A DNA stretch of 64,000 nt from the IMG/VR virus record IMGVR_UViG_3300035698_012408; one strand, 5' to 3'. The notes beneath the pieces were generated by a model. The model had not been told where the DNA came from, did not search any database, and was given only the letters and a program-made list of their open reading frames with translations. The position numbers and the translations under genes were made by a program. Numbering within the stretch: position 1 is the stretch's first letter; each line of letters begins with the position of its first letter. The DNA is from a virus. Positions 36,637 through 46,331 of the stretch are shown here, in pieces.

Positions 36637-37055
36637 CGATCATACCTCGCATCTGGGAATAAAGCGTTAAGAAGCGTACCCGCCCTACTCGCGGCGAGCG
36701 AGTAGACGGGCAGCTTCAAAAGAAAAACAGCCCAGGTCGCAGTTACGAACAGGGCTGGGAAAAAACACAACAACGCCAACAAATACGGCGTATGATGGGA
36801 AAGGCAGAAGCTGCACGACACCAGCTCTGCTAGGATCGGTGGTACGAGCTTGTCCGCGACACGCATAAGAAACGGAAGTTTCTCTCCGCCATCGTCGTCG
36901 TCGATGGGTGTGTCGTCAACGGGGATACTGGTGGGCGGTTCATCAGCCTTATCTTGAAAGAAGGCTCGCCAGTCGGCGAAGATGCTACCGTTTTTCCACA
37001 CGTCTACCAGCCCGGAGGCGGCCAAGGTCAAAACTAGAAAATCAAGAAGACTCAT
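36633..37055 (-). CDS. integral membrane protein
   Basis: Three hydrophobic segments with SCSFC between them. ATGA overlap at 37052..37055. Confidence 0.55.
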   Translation of the reverse strand: MSLLDFLVLTLAASGLVDVWKNGSIFADWRAFFQDKADEPPTSIPVDDTPIDDDDGGEKLPFLMRVADKLVPPILAELVSCSFCLSHHTPYLLALLCFFPALFVTATWAVFLLKLPVYSLAASRAGTLLNALFPDARYDR

Positions 37056-37330
37056 GTTCTCGCTCTTTTTCTCTGTCGAGGGTTAGCGCGAGAGATTCTA
37101 CGCGGCTGTGGTTGGGGCTGTGGTCGCGGTTGTCCCGCTTTCACTGCCGCCGCCGCTTCCTCGCTGTCGATGTCTTTTTGATCTAGTTGGTTGCAAAAAT
37201 GCGACACAAAGTAAATTGCGACTCCGCACACGATTCCCGGTACTATCAAACCCGTGACGACCATGAAAAGTCCCACGGCGGGTATCGTAACACTTGCGTA
37301 GCCTGCGAACGTCTCTTCGCCTGTTCGCAT
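37052..37330 (-). CDS. small membrane protein
   Basis: ATG 37330 with AGGA 7 nt upstream; the track start 37396 is TTG. One long hydrophobic stretch, then a basic PQPQPQP tail. Confidence 0.45.
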   Translation of the reverse strand: MRTGEETFAGYASVTIPAVGLFMVVTGLIVPGIVCGVAIYFVSHFCNQLDQKDIDSEEAAAAVKAGQPRPQPQPQPRRISRANPRQRKRART

Positions 37331-37631
37331 GGTAATCCTTTCACCGGCAGCCCTCGGGCTTTCCGCTAGGTGATCTCCTCCTCGCCTATTCCCCAAGGCC
37401 AGGGCGAAGTGTGACCCGCGTCCGGCGGGTGATCGTTCTCACGCTGGAGAACGTCTGGGGTAGGGAACGGCGGTGACAGCGGAATTGTATGCACCAAATT
37501 GTCACATAGGTTCGATCGAGGCGTGGGGAGACGCCGCGTATTTCGCCCAGCTGGCAGCCTGCGCTCTTGATAAAGTTTGGCTGATCCACTCAAATTAGGT
37601 GTTTCTGGCATGGTTCTACTCCGTTTCGCAT

Positions 37632-37661
37632 TTGCAATAAAGCTCGAACTATGCCTATAAT
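37632..37661 (+). promoter_or_regulatory. sigma70-like promoter candidate (TTGCAA-18 nt-TATAAT) facing terL
   Basis: -35 at 37632..37637 and -10 at 37656..37661, in the 292-bp gap 37397..37688. Confidence 0.3.
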
Positions 37662-37688
37662 AACCGCTAACACCCAGGTAACGCAAGG

Positions 37689-37928
37689 TTAGGGCGTCGG
37701 ACTTTGTGGCTTCCGAGCCACGGGACCGCCTTCTACCGCGGGTGCTGAGGACGCAGGGGACCGCAAAGAACCGAGTCCCTTGCAGATCGCGACACAAAGA
37801 CACCACAGTGCGGTAAGTAGGCCCACGACTACGCTCCAAGCGTAGGTAGCCAATGTTTCACAGCCGTTTTCAAACCATTGAAATCCCGGCTCTTCCGGCG
37901 CTTCGCCAGATTTTGTATCATAATCCAT
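37689..37928 (-). CDS. small membrane protein
   Basis: 79 aa with GGAG 11 nt upstream. One TM segment, AWSVVVGLLTALWCLCVAI. Its start codon overlaps the terL start in a CATG. Confidence 0.45.
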   Translation of the reverse strand: MDYDTKSGEAPEEPGFQWFENGCETLATYAWSVVVGLLTALWCLCVAICKGLGSLRSPASSAPAVEGGPVARKPQSPTP

Positions 37929-39858
37929 GTCAATAATAACTCCAAATCCTTTGCAGGATCATCGTCGCTCCGCACTTTCCAACAGAGAAGTAAGTTCCAT
38001 TCTCTCAGATCTGGAAGCCCAGAAAGTATCTGGGAGGACGCAAGGCAACGTCGATCGAATTATCCAGCTACGCAGGCTGGCCGAGGCGGGGGCAGTTCAA
38101 ACGCTAGAACCGCTGTTACCCCTCTGTCTTACTCTTCAAGGAAAACCATACGAATTAAGCGATCACTTTCCGTTTTCGCCGGTTTTCAATGTCTCGATGC
38201 CGTCGAACCTATTGCTCAAGACAGGGCGGCAGGTATCTAAGTCGACATCGCTGGCCAGTCACGGTGTGATGTTAGCCAACGCCATTCCGTTCTTCCGCAC
38301 ACTTTATATCACGCCGCTCTACGAGCAGATTCGGCGATTCTCCAACAACTACGTGCGACCGTTTATCGATCGTTCTCCGATCAAGTCGCTGTGGTCTGGG
38401 ACGAACACTGAGAACTCGGTGTTACAGCGGTCGTTCAAAAACCTATCGTCGATGCTGTTCAGCTTCGCGTTGATGGACGCCGATCGGGTGCGTGGTATCT
38501 CGGCGGACAAGATTTGCATTGATGAAGTCCAGGACATGGACCCCGATCACATCCCCATTATCCGAGAAGTTATGAGCCACTCGGATTGGGGCCTTATGCA
38601 GACAACTGGAACGCCAAAATCCCTGGATAATCCAATCGAGGGCATCTGGCGTCGTAGTTCGCAAGCGGAATGGTTCATACCGTGTTACTCGTGTGGGGCT
38701 TGGAATATCCCGTCGCTGGAGTTTCATGTTTACGATATGATTGGGCCAGTACATGATGACATATCTGAATCCTGTCCTGGTGTAATCTGCCACAAATGCA
38801 GACGTCCGATCTTCCCGCGACACGGACACTGGGTACACCGGTATCCGCAACGTCGTTGGCAGCTCGCCGGCTTCCACGTCCCGCAGATCGTTATGCCGTT
38901 GCACTATGGCAGGCGGGATAAATGGGCGGAACTTGTTGCGAAGCAGGGCGGCTGGGGAAATACCACAGCCTCCACGTTCGCCAACGAAGTATTAGGCGAG
39001 TCTATCGATGCTGGTCAAAAACTAATCTCGGAGACAGAGCTGCGAGCGGCTTCAACACTTGAGTGGCGTAACGACCCAGACAGGCCATGCGACGCCGTGA
39101 TAAATCGCTTGCAGCATTACGAACAGCGAGTGTTGGCAGTAGACTGGGGCGGCGGTGGCCAAGACGGCGTATCCTTCACCACGGTAGCGGCGCTAGGTTA
39201 CACGTCGGCCGGACAGATTCACGTGCTGTGGGGCAAGCGGATGATCGCCTCGCAGGAACACCTTCGGGAGGCCCGAGAGATCCTGCATTGGCTACAAGTA
39301 TTCCGCTGTGACCTAATGGCCCATGACTACACTGGCGCTGGTGTCGTCCGCGAGACCGTAATGGTTCAAGCTGGTTTCGACCTTGAGCGAGTGATGGCCA
39401 TTCAGTATGTCCGAGCCGCCGCCAACAATCTAATGCGGTTCGTACCGCCGTCCGTGCTGCACAACCGCGCACATTACCGCTTGGATAAAACGCGATCGAT
39501 ACTTTATATGATGCAAGCAATCAAGTTACGACTGCTGCAATTTTTCCAGTATGATTACAACAACGATGATGACGCTGGGTTGATCAATGACTTCCTAGCG
39601 CTCGTTGAAGAGAAGACCGAAAGCCGGCTGGCAGGTGACATCTACACCATCACACGCAACCCGATGCTCTCGGACGACTTCGCCCAATCTGTGAACATCG
39701 GGTGCTCTGCCATCTGGCATGCGAACAATAGCTGGCCAAATTTCGCTGAAGCTGCCTCGATAGGCCGTATTAACTCCAGCCAAATTATAGCCACGGGTTC
39801 GCGAGAGTATGGATGGGACGAAGATCAGACGATGCGAGGCTTCTTCAATCAGCCTTAA
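37927..39858 (+). CDS. terL: terminase large subunit
   Basis: 643 aa. Walker A-like KTGRQVSKST and Walker B KICIDEVQD, with a C-terminal RNase H-like nuclease half (VLAVDWGGGG...AHDYTGAG). Confidence 0.8.
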   Translation: MSIITPNPLQDHRRSALSNREVSSILSDLEAQKVSGRTQGNVDRIIQLRRLAEAGAVQTLEPLLPLCLTLQGKPYELSDHFPFSPVFNVSMPSNLLLKTGRQVSKSTSLASHGVMLANAIPFFRTLYITPLYEQIRRFSNNYVRPFIDRSPIKSLWSGTNTENSVLQRSFKNLSSMLFSFALMDADRVRGISADKICIDEVQDMDPDHIPIIREVMSHSDWGLMQTTGTPKSLDNPIEGIWRRSSQAEWFIPCYSCGAWNIPSLEFHVYDMIGPVHDDISESCPGVICHKCRRPIFPRHGHWVHRYPQRRWQLAGFHVPQIVMPLHYGRRDKWAELVAKQGGWGNTTASTFANEVLGESIDAGQKLISETELRAASTLEWRNDPDRPCDAVINRLQHYEQRVLAVDWGGGGQDGVSFTTVAALGYTSAGQIHVLWGKRMIASQEHLREAREILHWLQVFRCDLMAHDYTGAGVVRETVMVQAGFDLERVMAIQYVRAAANNLMRFVPPSVLHNRAHYRLDKTRSILYMMQAIKLRLLQFFQYDYNNDDDAGLINDFLALVEEKTESRLAGDIYTITRNPMLSDDFAQSVNIGCSAIWHANNSWPNFAEAASIGRINSSQIIATGSREYGWDEDQTMRGFFNQP

Positions 39859-40118
39859 AAGTCTGTAGGCCGTACCGTTTCACATTCTTCGTCGTCCTCG
39901 TCGTCATTCATGGGAATGATGGCCATGTGCAGCCACATGCCATTGTGTAGTTCTGAAGCGTTCGCGACGTTTTGCCATCGCTCCGGGACACCAAAATCGA
40001 TGCTACGGAGTTCAACGGTATACTCGTCGGGACCTTCGTCGACGTCGATCGAGATGATCGCATCGTCGGGCAATTCAGCGATTGCTTTTCTGATTTCTCG
40101 AATGGTTATGTTTGGCAT
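39855..40118 (-). CDS. small acidic protein
   Basis: 87 aa ending NDDEDDEECETVRPTDF. Convergent with terL, with a 4-nt overlap. Confidence 0.5.
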   Translation of the reverse strand: MPNITIREIRKAIAELPDDAIISIDVDEGPDEYTVELRSIDFGVPERWQNVANASELHNGMWLHMAIIPMNDDEDDEECETVRPTDF

Positions 40119-40130
40119 TACATCTCGTCG

Positions 40131-40442
40131 TCATTCATGGCCGAATTCGTCGTCGTCTTCTTCGTCGTAGTCTTCGTCGAAGTCGTCGTCGAAATCATCC
40201 TCGTCCCATTCCTCTTCGTCCTCGTCAACCGCGTCGGTCGATTGCTCGATAGGCAAGATCACTGGGTCGAATTGTGGTACGATAGTGTCAGCGCGTGTGG
40301 CTGCTTCCATCGCGTGGCCGTCAAGTATACCAAAAGCCTCAGGCAGCTCCTCGGGACAGAGATCGTCTTCGAGGTTAGGATAGAGGCAAAATGGGACGTC
40401 GACCACGGGAATCATCAAGTCGCTTGACATTTGGATCTCCAA
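40131..40442 (-). CDS. small hyper-acidic protein
   Basis: C-terminal DEDEEEWDEDDFDDDFDEDYDEEDDDEFGHE. Confidence 0.5.
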   Translation of the reverse strand: MEIQMSSDLMIPVVDVPFCLYPNLEDDLCPEELPEAFGILDGHAMEAATRADTIVPQFDPVILPIEQSTDAVDEDEEEWDEDDFDDDFDEDYDEEDDDEFGHE

Positions 40443-43162
40443 TTCGTTAGTTCTTGGTTAAACCACGGCTCGGGTACGAGCCATCCTTGTTCATCCTTGT
40501 ATGGCGACTCACCCACGAGTACGCCTAGTTCTTCCAACGAACGTGTGATTAGTAAGAGATCTGGACGTAGGCCACCCGCCTTATGCACAGCATCGCTGAG
40601 CATGTTTTGGGATACCCATATCACCGGCACGTCACGCGTCTCGCTAGACACGATGGCGTGCTGTCTCTGCTTTGCGTCGTCATGAGACGCTCTTGTATAG
40701 TCCAATTTTCCGTCACGGTGAAGCCGGAAAATGAGATGCAAGAAGTGACTAGCCGGCGGGCCGGTAGCCGGTGTGACCAGTACGGATTTTGCGGCTTGCA
40801 CCGCGTCACTGTTACCGCCAACGCTGTAAAACCATTCTGCCATGTCATCCAGCACGTTGATGATCAGATCATCGCAGTCGTCTGCCAGCAGCAGATTCCG
40901 CTGGTATATGTCGCGAAGGTAGTTTGGCAGCACGTAGGGTGCGGCGTGTTGGGATAGTTGCATCGACCCGAGTTTTCGGTCGCAATGAATCATATTCCAC
41001 CCGCCGCGGCTGGCCAGCACACGATTTGCTGCCCACGGTAACGCCACGATAATATTCTGAGCTTCTGGGGAGTCCAACCATTCTCCACACTTGTTTACGT
41101 CACACAGGATCGTAGGCCAGAGATACTGGTTGACCTGCGAGCAGATCCCTGCCAGCGGTGCGTGGCCTTTTGCCGCTGGCACAGACACGCACCCGAGCCG
41201 GGAGGCCGCCGCTGCTCCGACTGACTGACCCCCATCCCCGTCAAGCAGTAGCCCGACAGGTTTACGGCGCAGCGCCGGAGCTAGTAAGTTAGAACCTACT
41301 GCGGCCGCCGTTGCCCAGAACAGAGCTGTTTCATCATTCACATCACTGAGCGATTCCATGTGCTTTCTCGGGAAATTGCCCGGTTTCGGGATGTCTTTCG
41401 CCGGCACGCGTTCATTGTCAAACAGGCAAGCATATTTGTCCGTAACCTCGCCGTTTCGGCATATTGAGAATTGCGGAAAATTAAACTGCCTATTTCGTTC
41501 GTCCCAGCCCACCACCTCAACGCCATGAATGAATTCAGGCGTGTGGAACGCGATAGCCAGCTGGAATGATTTAGTGTTCCATGATGGGTAATATTCCAGC
41601 ACACCAACCTGTAGCTCGTCGCGGAGATAGTCATGTGCCCACTTGAGCAAACCCTTCTCCACAACGTCGGCCCGCGCGGTGAACGGGTACACATGACCGT
41701 GGAATTTGATCGTGCCACGGTGATAACTTCTATGGTCCGCAGTAGTTAGAACCTGTTCGACACGGATAATCGCGTTGCAGATGCGATCATTCCCGCGTTC
41801 GACATACCACCCGTCATTCTTCTCGAATAACCAACGGTTCTCGAACCGCACCCTGGCACCGTGCGAACGGTTACGTTCGATGTACTCCAGGCGTTCTCGA
41901 AGCTCCGGGTCACAGCCTTTGATAAACTCTGCGAGGTCACGACCTTGTAGCTCCATGTCTGTCAAAAGTATTGACTCGATTTCAGCTTTCGGCATGTCAC
42001 GCAGCAGTTGCCGCAACGCGGTGGCCCACGGCTGGGCGCTCCATTTCATCTGGTCCAGCCACTCTTCCGGCCCGCGGTGCCGCATGTCCTTCGCTATTTC
42101 CTTCCCGGAAACGTCGATGAGCGACACCTTAGCGTTGGCCCGTTTGGCGTGAAGAATTGCCGCGACAGCGTTGTCATTCCCCCAGCAAACTAAATCTTCG
42201 TGGCCTAGCCAGTTCCAGACGTCTGCTGTTTCATAATTCTCGTCCTTGTAGGCTACCGCGATCGGGAGCGGGCGGAAATGATCTTTCATGTACCGCATTT
42301 GCAAGCGGATGGCGAACTCGTGATCGGTAAATATAAAACCGGTATGCCCCAACCGGGGCAGCGGGGGAAGCATCAGTGAGTCGAGCATCGCGAGCCCTGA
42401 CTCGTTGCCACATCCAAAATTTGCCAAATGTCGGTAAAAGAAGTCACGTGACGGATCTCCGTCACGCCCAATTAACATAAATCCGCAGATTCTACCAGGA
42501 ACATCGTAATGTGGCATGACCAGCATGTCTTGCCACTGGGACCCCGGCATGAGATGACTCACACAAGACGTGCCGGATCGCTTCCCGCCTTTGCTGCCAC
42601 TGGCAGCCACTCGGGCGTCAGATTTAGCCACGGTGTGTGGCATTACCAGCTCCATGAGCTTCGATCTTGTGCTAGATCCAATAAATTGCCCGCCTTTTCG
42701 CGGCCAGTCTTCACTCCACCGGCCCACGCTATATCGCCCCTGGAGCATGGACAACTCGGGTGAATCGCACTTTACATGGCACGCCTGAGCGTCCTGCCAG
42801 AAGGCCGCCACACGCTGTGGGTACTTGACGTGGTCTTTGATATAGTCCCTAATAACAGATGGTGATAGGACGGCTTCGGAGAGCCCAATTTGGGAATCTA
42901 CGAGCTTTCGGAGCGTCGCGGGAGTATCGAGCTTCCAAACTGCGGCCGCAAGCTGTATCATATTTCCAGAGAACGAACACGCGTCACAGCGTGTCCATTC
43001 ACCACCGGCGGTTCCGTCTTGGTATATTCGGAGTTGTCGCGCAGCCCCACAGACCGGGCAATTCGTCATAGACGGAAGCGCAGCAGATTTAATGCGTACT
43101 CCTAAAAGCGGGAGTACGTGCTGGAAACTAACCTGACGACTTAGAGAGGACGATCTTCTCAT
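40415..43162 (-). CDS. large protein with N-terminal primase-type zinc finger (putative DNA primase or primase-associated replication protein)
   Basis: ATG 43162; the track start 43168 is TTG. CPVCG-x19-CDACSFSGNMIQLAA resembles the DnaG CHC2 finger plus the GDxIxF motif. The remaining ~850 aa have no motif I can name. Confidence 0.4.
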   Translation of the reverse strand: MRRSSSLSRQVSFQHVLPLLGVRIKSAALPSMTNCPVCGAARQLRIYQDGTAGGEWTRCDACSFSGNMIQLAAAVWKLDTPATLRKLVDSQIGLSEAVLSPSVIRDYIKDHVKYPQRVAAFWQDAQACHVKCDSPELSMLQGRYSVGRWSEDWPRKGGQFIGSSTRSKLMELVMPHTVAKSDARVAASGSKGGKRSGTSCVSHLMPGSQWQDMLVMPHYDVPGRICGFMLIGRDGDPSRDFFYRHLANFGCGNESGLAMLDSLMLPPLPRLGHTGFIFTDHEFAIRLQMRYMKDHFRPLPIAVAYKDENYETADVWNWLGHEDLVCWGNDNAVAAILHAKRANAKVSLIDVSGKEIAKDMRHRGPEEWLDQMKWSAQPWATALRQLLRDMPKAEIESILLTDMELQGRDLAEFIKGCDPELRERLEYIERNRSHGARVRFENRWLFEKNDGWYVERGNDRICNAIIRVEQVLTTADHRSYHRGTIKFHGHVYPFTARADVVEKGLLKWAHDYLRDELQVGVLEYYPSWNTKSFQLAIAFHTPEFIHGVEVVGWDERNRQFNFPQFSICRNGEVTDKYACLFDNERVPAKDIPKPGNFPRKHMESLSDVNDETALFWATAAAVGSNLLAPALRRKPVGLLLDGDGGQSVGAAAASRLGCVSVPAAKGHAPLAGICSQVNQYLWPTILCDVNKCGEWLDSPEAQNIIVALPWAANRVLASRGGWNMIHCDRKLGSMQLSQHAAPYVLPNYLRDIYQRNLLLADDCDDLIINVLDDMAEWFYSVGGNSDAVQAAKSVLVTPATGPPASHFLHLIFRLHRDGKLDYTRASHDDAKQRQHAIVSSETRDVPVIWVSQNMLSDAVHKAGGLRPDLLLITRSLEELGVLVGESPYKDEQGWLVPEPWFNQELTNWRSKCQAT

Positions 43163-44381
43163 GTCCAATTTGATCCTTGATCACACACGAGACCTATCCG
43201 GCACGGAACTACATCGGCTAACGCAGCTGTATCCACCGCCGGAATTCGTGAAAACAGCAGACCATGACGCGCTCCACGGAAACCCCGAGGAATTACCCGC
43301 GCATGTCTATGCCATGATAGCAGACCGACTGTTCCCATGCCACACCAAGGCAGCTACGTGGATGTCGGCTCTGTTCTTCCGGGACCAGTCTCGGAAGCTC
43401 CACCCATCTGTGGCGGAAGCCACCGAAGGGCGGTTACGTAAATCTGCTGGATTTTTCAAGATCCAGCCAGCAGTTGACGAACTCTGGGAAAAAATGGCCA
43501 GTGAGGAAGCTCACGGCCAGGAGCGTCTCCCAGACAGCGACTTCGCTCTCGTCTGGGAAGGCGAAGGAGCCCCGAAGGAACGGCATTACCCGCTCCGTAA
43601 CGGTGGCGAGGTCAAAATGGCTTCCGACTGGTTCGGAACATACCACGGTGAATTCAACTTCGGCGACAAGAACCGGATCGCAACTAAGATCCTGGCAAAA
43701 GCCGACGAGCATGGTGCTATGGTAGCCAATTCCGAGCTGCTTAACAAGTGTGCCGGCTACGGTTACTGCTCTGCGGAAGATGCCGCGGCAGCCTGGGAGA
43801 AGCGAGCACAGCTGCTTCAGCGAAGCCACCCGGATTTTGCCGTCGAGGCTCAGACCCTCGGGCAATCCATCCGTGCCAACACGTTCGAGGCCCGAGACCA
43901 GGGCATGCGAGTCAAAATGGCTTCGCTCATGTCCCAGTTTGACGGCCAGACGCACTTGGACCAGCTTTATGACGACGGCGGTCTGGAGCGGCCTGAAGAT
44001 TCGTTGTTCCTGGTAACCGAAAAGGTTGCAGGCGACTTCTTAATGGCCCACGCCCAGACAACCACCGGCGCCATTTATGAAAAGCAGGCCCTGGAACGTC
44101 TACCGTTGGAAAGCATCCGAGAGTGGATGGGCGACGACTTCGCAGATGAAGTTGCCGCTGGCGGCGTCATGCTGGATACCGAAAAGCTAGCCGAGATCCT
44201 CCCGACACTTCCCCGCGACGACGCGGAGATGTTCGAGAAGATGACCTCAGCTTTGCAGGTTCCGGTAGCCGCACGAGAGAAGGCGGCGGCCGACCAAGGC
44301 ATGTCCTTGGAGGAGATGGAAGCGTTCGCGGAGCAGTACGGCCAAACGGCCGCACTAAACCCCGAAGCAGCGATTAGCTAA
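43161..44381 (+). CDS. hypothetical protein (isolated plus-strand gene)
   Basis: 406 aa with SD GAGAGGA ~11 nt upstream. Helical, acidic composition. Scaffold-like is only a guess. Confidence 0.6.
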   Translation: MSNLILDHTRDLSGTELHRLTQLYPPPEFVKTADHDALHGNPEELPAHVYAMIADRLFPCHTKAATWMSALFFRDQSRKLHPSVAEATEGRLRKSAGFFKIQPAVDELWEKMASEEAHGQERLPDSDFALVWEGEGAPKERHYPLRNGGEVKMASDWFGTYHGEFNFGDKNRIATKILAKADEHGAMVANSELLNKCAGYGYCSAEDAAAAWEKRAQLLQRSHPDFAVEAQTLGQSIRANTFEARDQGMRVKMASLMSQFDGQTHLDQLYDDGGLERPEDSLFLVTEKVAGDFLMAHAQTTTGAIYEKQALERLPLESIREWMGDDFADEVAAGGVMLDTEKLAEILPTLPRDDAEMFEKMTSALQVPVAAREKAAADQGMSLEEMEAFAEQYGQTAALNPEAAIS

Positions 44382-44731
44382 CCACCATCTAATAGATCTC
44401 TCGGGCCGGTTTCGTGTACGTTACCCAATTGGGCGACGTACACCCAGTCCGGGAGATCTTCTTTTTTCACCTCTTCCAAATTCTTCCCGCCTTCGCGGAA
44501 ACCTTGAAGCTGGCACATGAATCGCTGCGTCTTGCCGTTAAACAACACGCGTTTGATTATGTTATCGAAACCAGCGTCTGGCCCTGCCACATTCGGAACA
44601 CCAGGAACGTCTGCAAGTAGCATCCGGGCCTGCGGTGTTCCAGGCAGTGCGGTATCCAGCTCGAACAGGTGAAAACTGCCGTCGTGCGTGTTCACCACGA
44701 TCTGCCATGTGATGGGGATACTCGGGGTCAT
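44378..44731 (-). CDS. hypothetical protein translationally coupled to the divergent CsrA
   Basis: 117 aa. The ATGA overlap at 44728..44731 joins it to the csrA-like stop. Confidence 0.6.
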   Translation of the reverse strand: MTPSIPITWQIVVNTHDGSFHLFELDTALPGTPQARMLLADVPGVPNVAGPDAGFDNIIKRVLFNGKTQRFMCQLQGFREGGKNLEEVKKEDLPDWVYVAQLGNVHETGPRDLLDGG

Positions 44732-44940
44732 TCTGGCACTTGCTCCTCAATTTGTACGACGGGCTTCGCCGGTTGGTCTTCGATTTCTTTTCGTACGATG
44801 ATGACGTCCCGATCGGCCGTGAAGCCCAGCCGCGGCTGCGGATGCACCCGGCAAACGAGCACTTCAATAACCCGGGGCTCGGTACTCGGCGGTACCGTGA
44901 TCTTGACAACTTCGTTCTTTTTCCTGCTTAACACTAGCAT
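44728..44940 (-). CDS. divergent CsrA-family protein
   Basis: MLVLSRKKNEVVKI...VIEVLVCRVHPQPRLGFTADRDVIIVRKEI aligns with CsrA (MLILTRRxGExxxI...VxVxVLGxxGxxVRIGxxAPxxVxVxREEI), with a ~12-aa insertion after strand 1. Confidence 0.7.
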   Translation of the reverse strand: MLVLSRKKNEVVKITVPPSTEPRVIEVLVCRVHPQPRLGFTADRDVIIVRKEIEDQPAKPVVQIEEQVPE

Positions 44941-44943
44941 TGA

Positions 44944-45582
44944 TTACTCCTCATGAGGGTCATCCAGATCGATGACACGTTCCCTGTTGTTCCCGCTGGC
45001 TACGGTGCCACGAGAATCGCTAATCGTTTCAGTAGGCATCGCCGGGGGCATATTATCCGCCGGCTGAACCGCAGGGTCTTCTGACCCCGAGGGAGCATAC
45101 TCATACTCCACGAGCACCTGCATGATCCAGTCACACAGCAAATCAATATTATCGATCAGCTTGTTTTCGAGATCAGGCCCGTCACGGTGCTGCACACGAC
45201 ATCGCCATTTCGCGTCCGCAAGATCCGTAATAGTTCTCGGTGTCTGTCTGGTCGCGAGTGTGATGATCAATGTGTAATCGTTATCCAACGCCTGAGCAAC
45301 CTGCGGCGGCTCTTCCATCCGCTCAATGAAGTTGCGAAAGGAACTACCGGGAATCACACGAGCCCCGTCTGTTACCGCAAAGCCGCTAGCGTGCAATTCA
45401 TCGAATATGTCGAACACCGGATCAAAGAAATGGATGATCCCGTCCCGTAGTGTTACTGCATCCGTCGCTGCACTTGTGGGTGCGTGAGCACGCTCGCGGG
45501 CAGCCTCCAGCGACGCCTGGACCTTGCTCCGCCGCGGTGGCGGCCCCGGTCGGCGCGGGTATCGATGTGCTCGTCTTGTCAT
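44944..45582 (-). CDS. hypothetical protein
   Basis: 212 aa. C-terminus is NNRERVIDLDDPHEE (recurrent motif). Confidence 0.6.
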   Translation of the reverse strand: MTRRAHRYPRRPGPPPRRSKVQASLEAARERAHAPTSAATDAVTLRDGIIHFFDPVFDIFDELHASGFAVTDGARVIPGSSFRNFIERMEEPPQVAQALDNDYTLIITLATRQTPRTITDLADAKWRCRVQHRDGPDLENKLIDNIDLLCDWIMQVLVEYEYAPSGSEDPAVQPADNMPPAMPTETISDSRGTVASGNNRERVIDLDDPHEE

Positions 45583-46331
45583 CTTACGCTGATCTCCACG
45601 CCGGTTTCTTCAAAGGTTTCTTGTAAATGCTCTTCCCAGCTAGTCTCCACTGGACCAGTCTGGTCCCAGCAAAGCCCGCAAGCGGAGCAGGTGACCTTAG
45701 GGCCATCCGTTATGCCAGTCTCCGCTAGGCACACGGTAACGCCGTTGGCTTCTCGCATGATCGTATCAGGTCTGTCACGAAATACCAAATCACAATCGTT
45801 CGGAGTCAGTTCCGCGTCAATATCGTCGATAGCCATGTAGGCTCTCCGTACCCCGCGAATAAGCGGGGCCGGGCCAGTCTCTCGGTCGATCGACCACCAC
45901 ATCTGAAAATTCGGAAGGGCGGCCAGTCGAATCAGTTCCGGCAACAAGTCCTCTTGTCGCCAAGATCGGGTGTAAGCGAAGAACTGCACATCAGGCAGCG
46001 CGGACGCTATGCTATACCACTTATTGATATATTCCGCATCATAGAAGTCTCCACCAACATGGATACGCATCACGCGGGCGAACGTGGCCAGCAGCGATGC
46101 GATCATCCAAGCAACGAATGCCGCTGTCTTGGAAAAGTCGAAGTTTCTAAGATGCGATCTCTTTACAACCCTCTGGTTGAAATGCCCTCGCTTGGCGTAG
46201 CAGCATCCGCGACACAGGCGAGACTCGCCTACGCACGACCACAACTTACCACACGGGACAGACCAACTGTGAATGAGGTGACCGAGTTTCACGTTACGTG
46301 GCTCGGACAATGTAGCGATTTTGGTGCTCAT
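45579..46331 (-). CDS. Cys-cluster protein (possible Fe-S / radical-SAM-like or Gp37/Gp68-type phage protein)
   Basis: CGKLWSCVGESRLCRGCCYAKRGHF near the N-terminus and CSACGLCW near the C-terminus. The family assignment is from memory only. Confidence 0.35.
   Translation of the reverse strand: MSTKIATLSEPRNVKLGHLIHSWSVPCGKLWSCVGESRLCRGCCYAKRGHFNQRVVKRSHLRNFDFSKTAAFVAWMIASLLATFARVMRIHVGGDFYDAEYINKWYSIASALPDVQFFAYTRSWRQEDLLPELIRLAALPNFQMWWSIDRETGPAPLIRGVRRAYMAIDDIDAELTPNDCDLVFRDRPDTIMREANGVTVCLAETGITDGPKVTCSACGLCWDQTGPVETSWEEHLQETFEETGVEISVR

Noticed and set aside
37366-37839. 157-aa minus-strand ORF filling the gap upstream of terL
   Set aside because: It is Arg/Ser-rich with no RBS, and it overlaps both 37052..37330 and 37689..37928. 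I treat the region as non-coding, with a promoter candidate.
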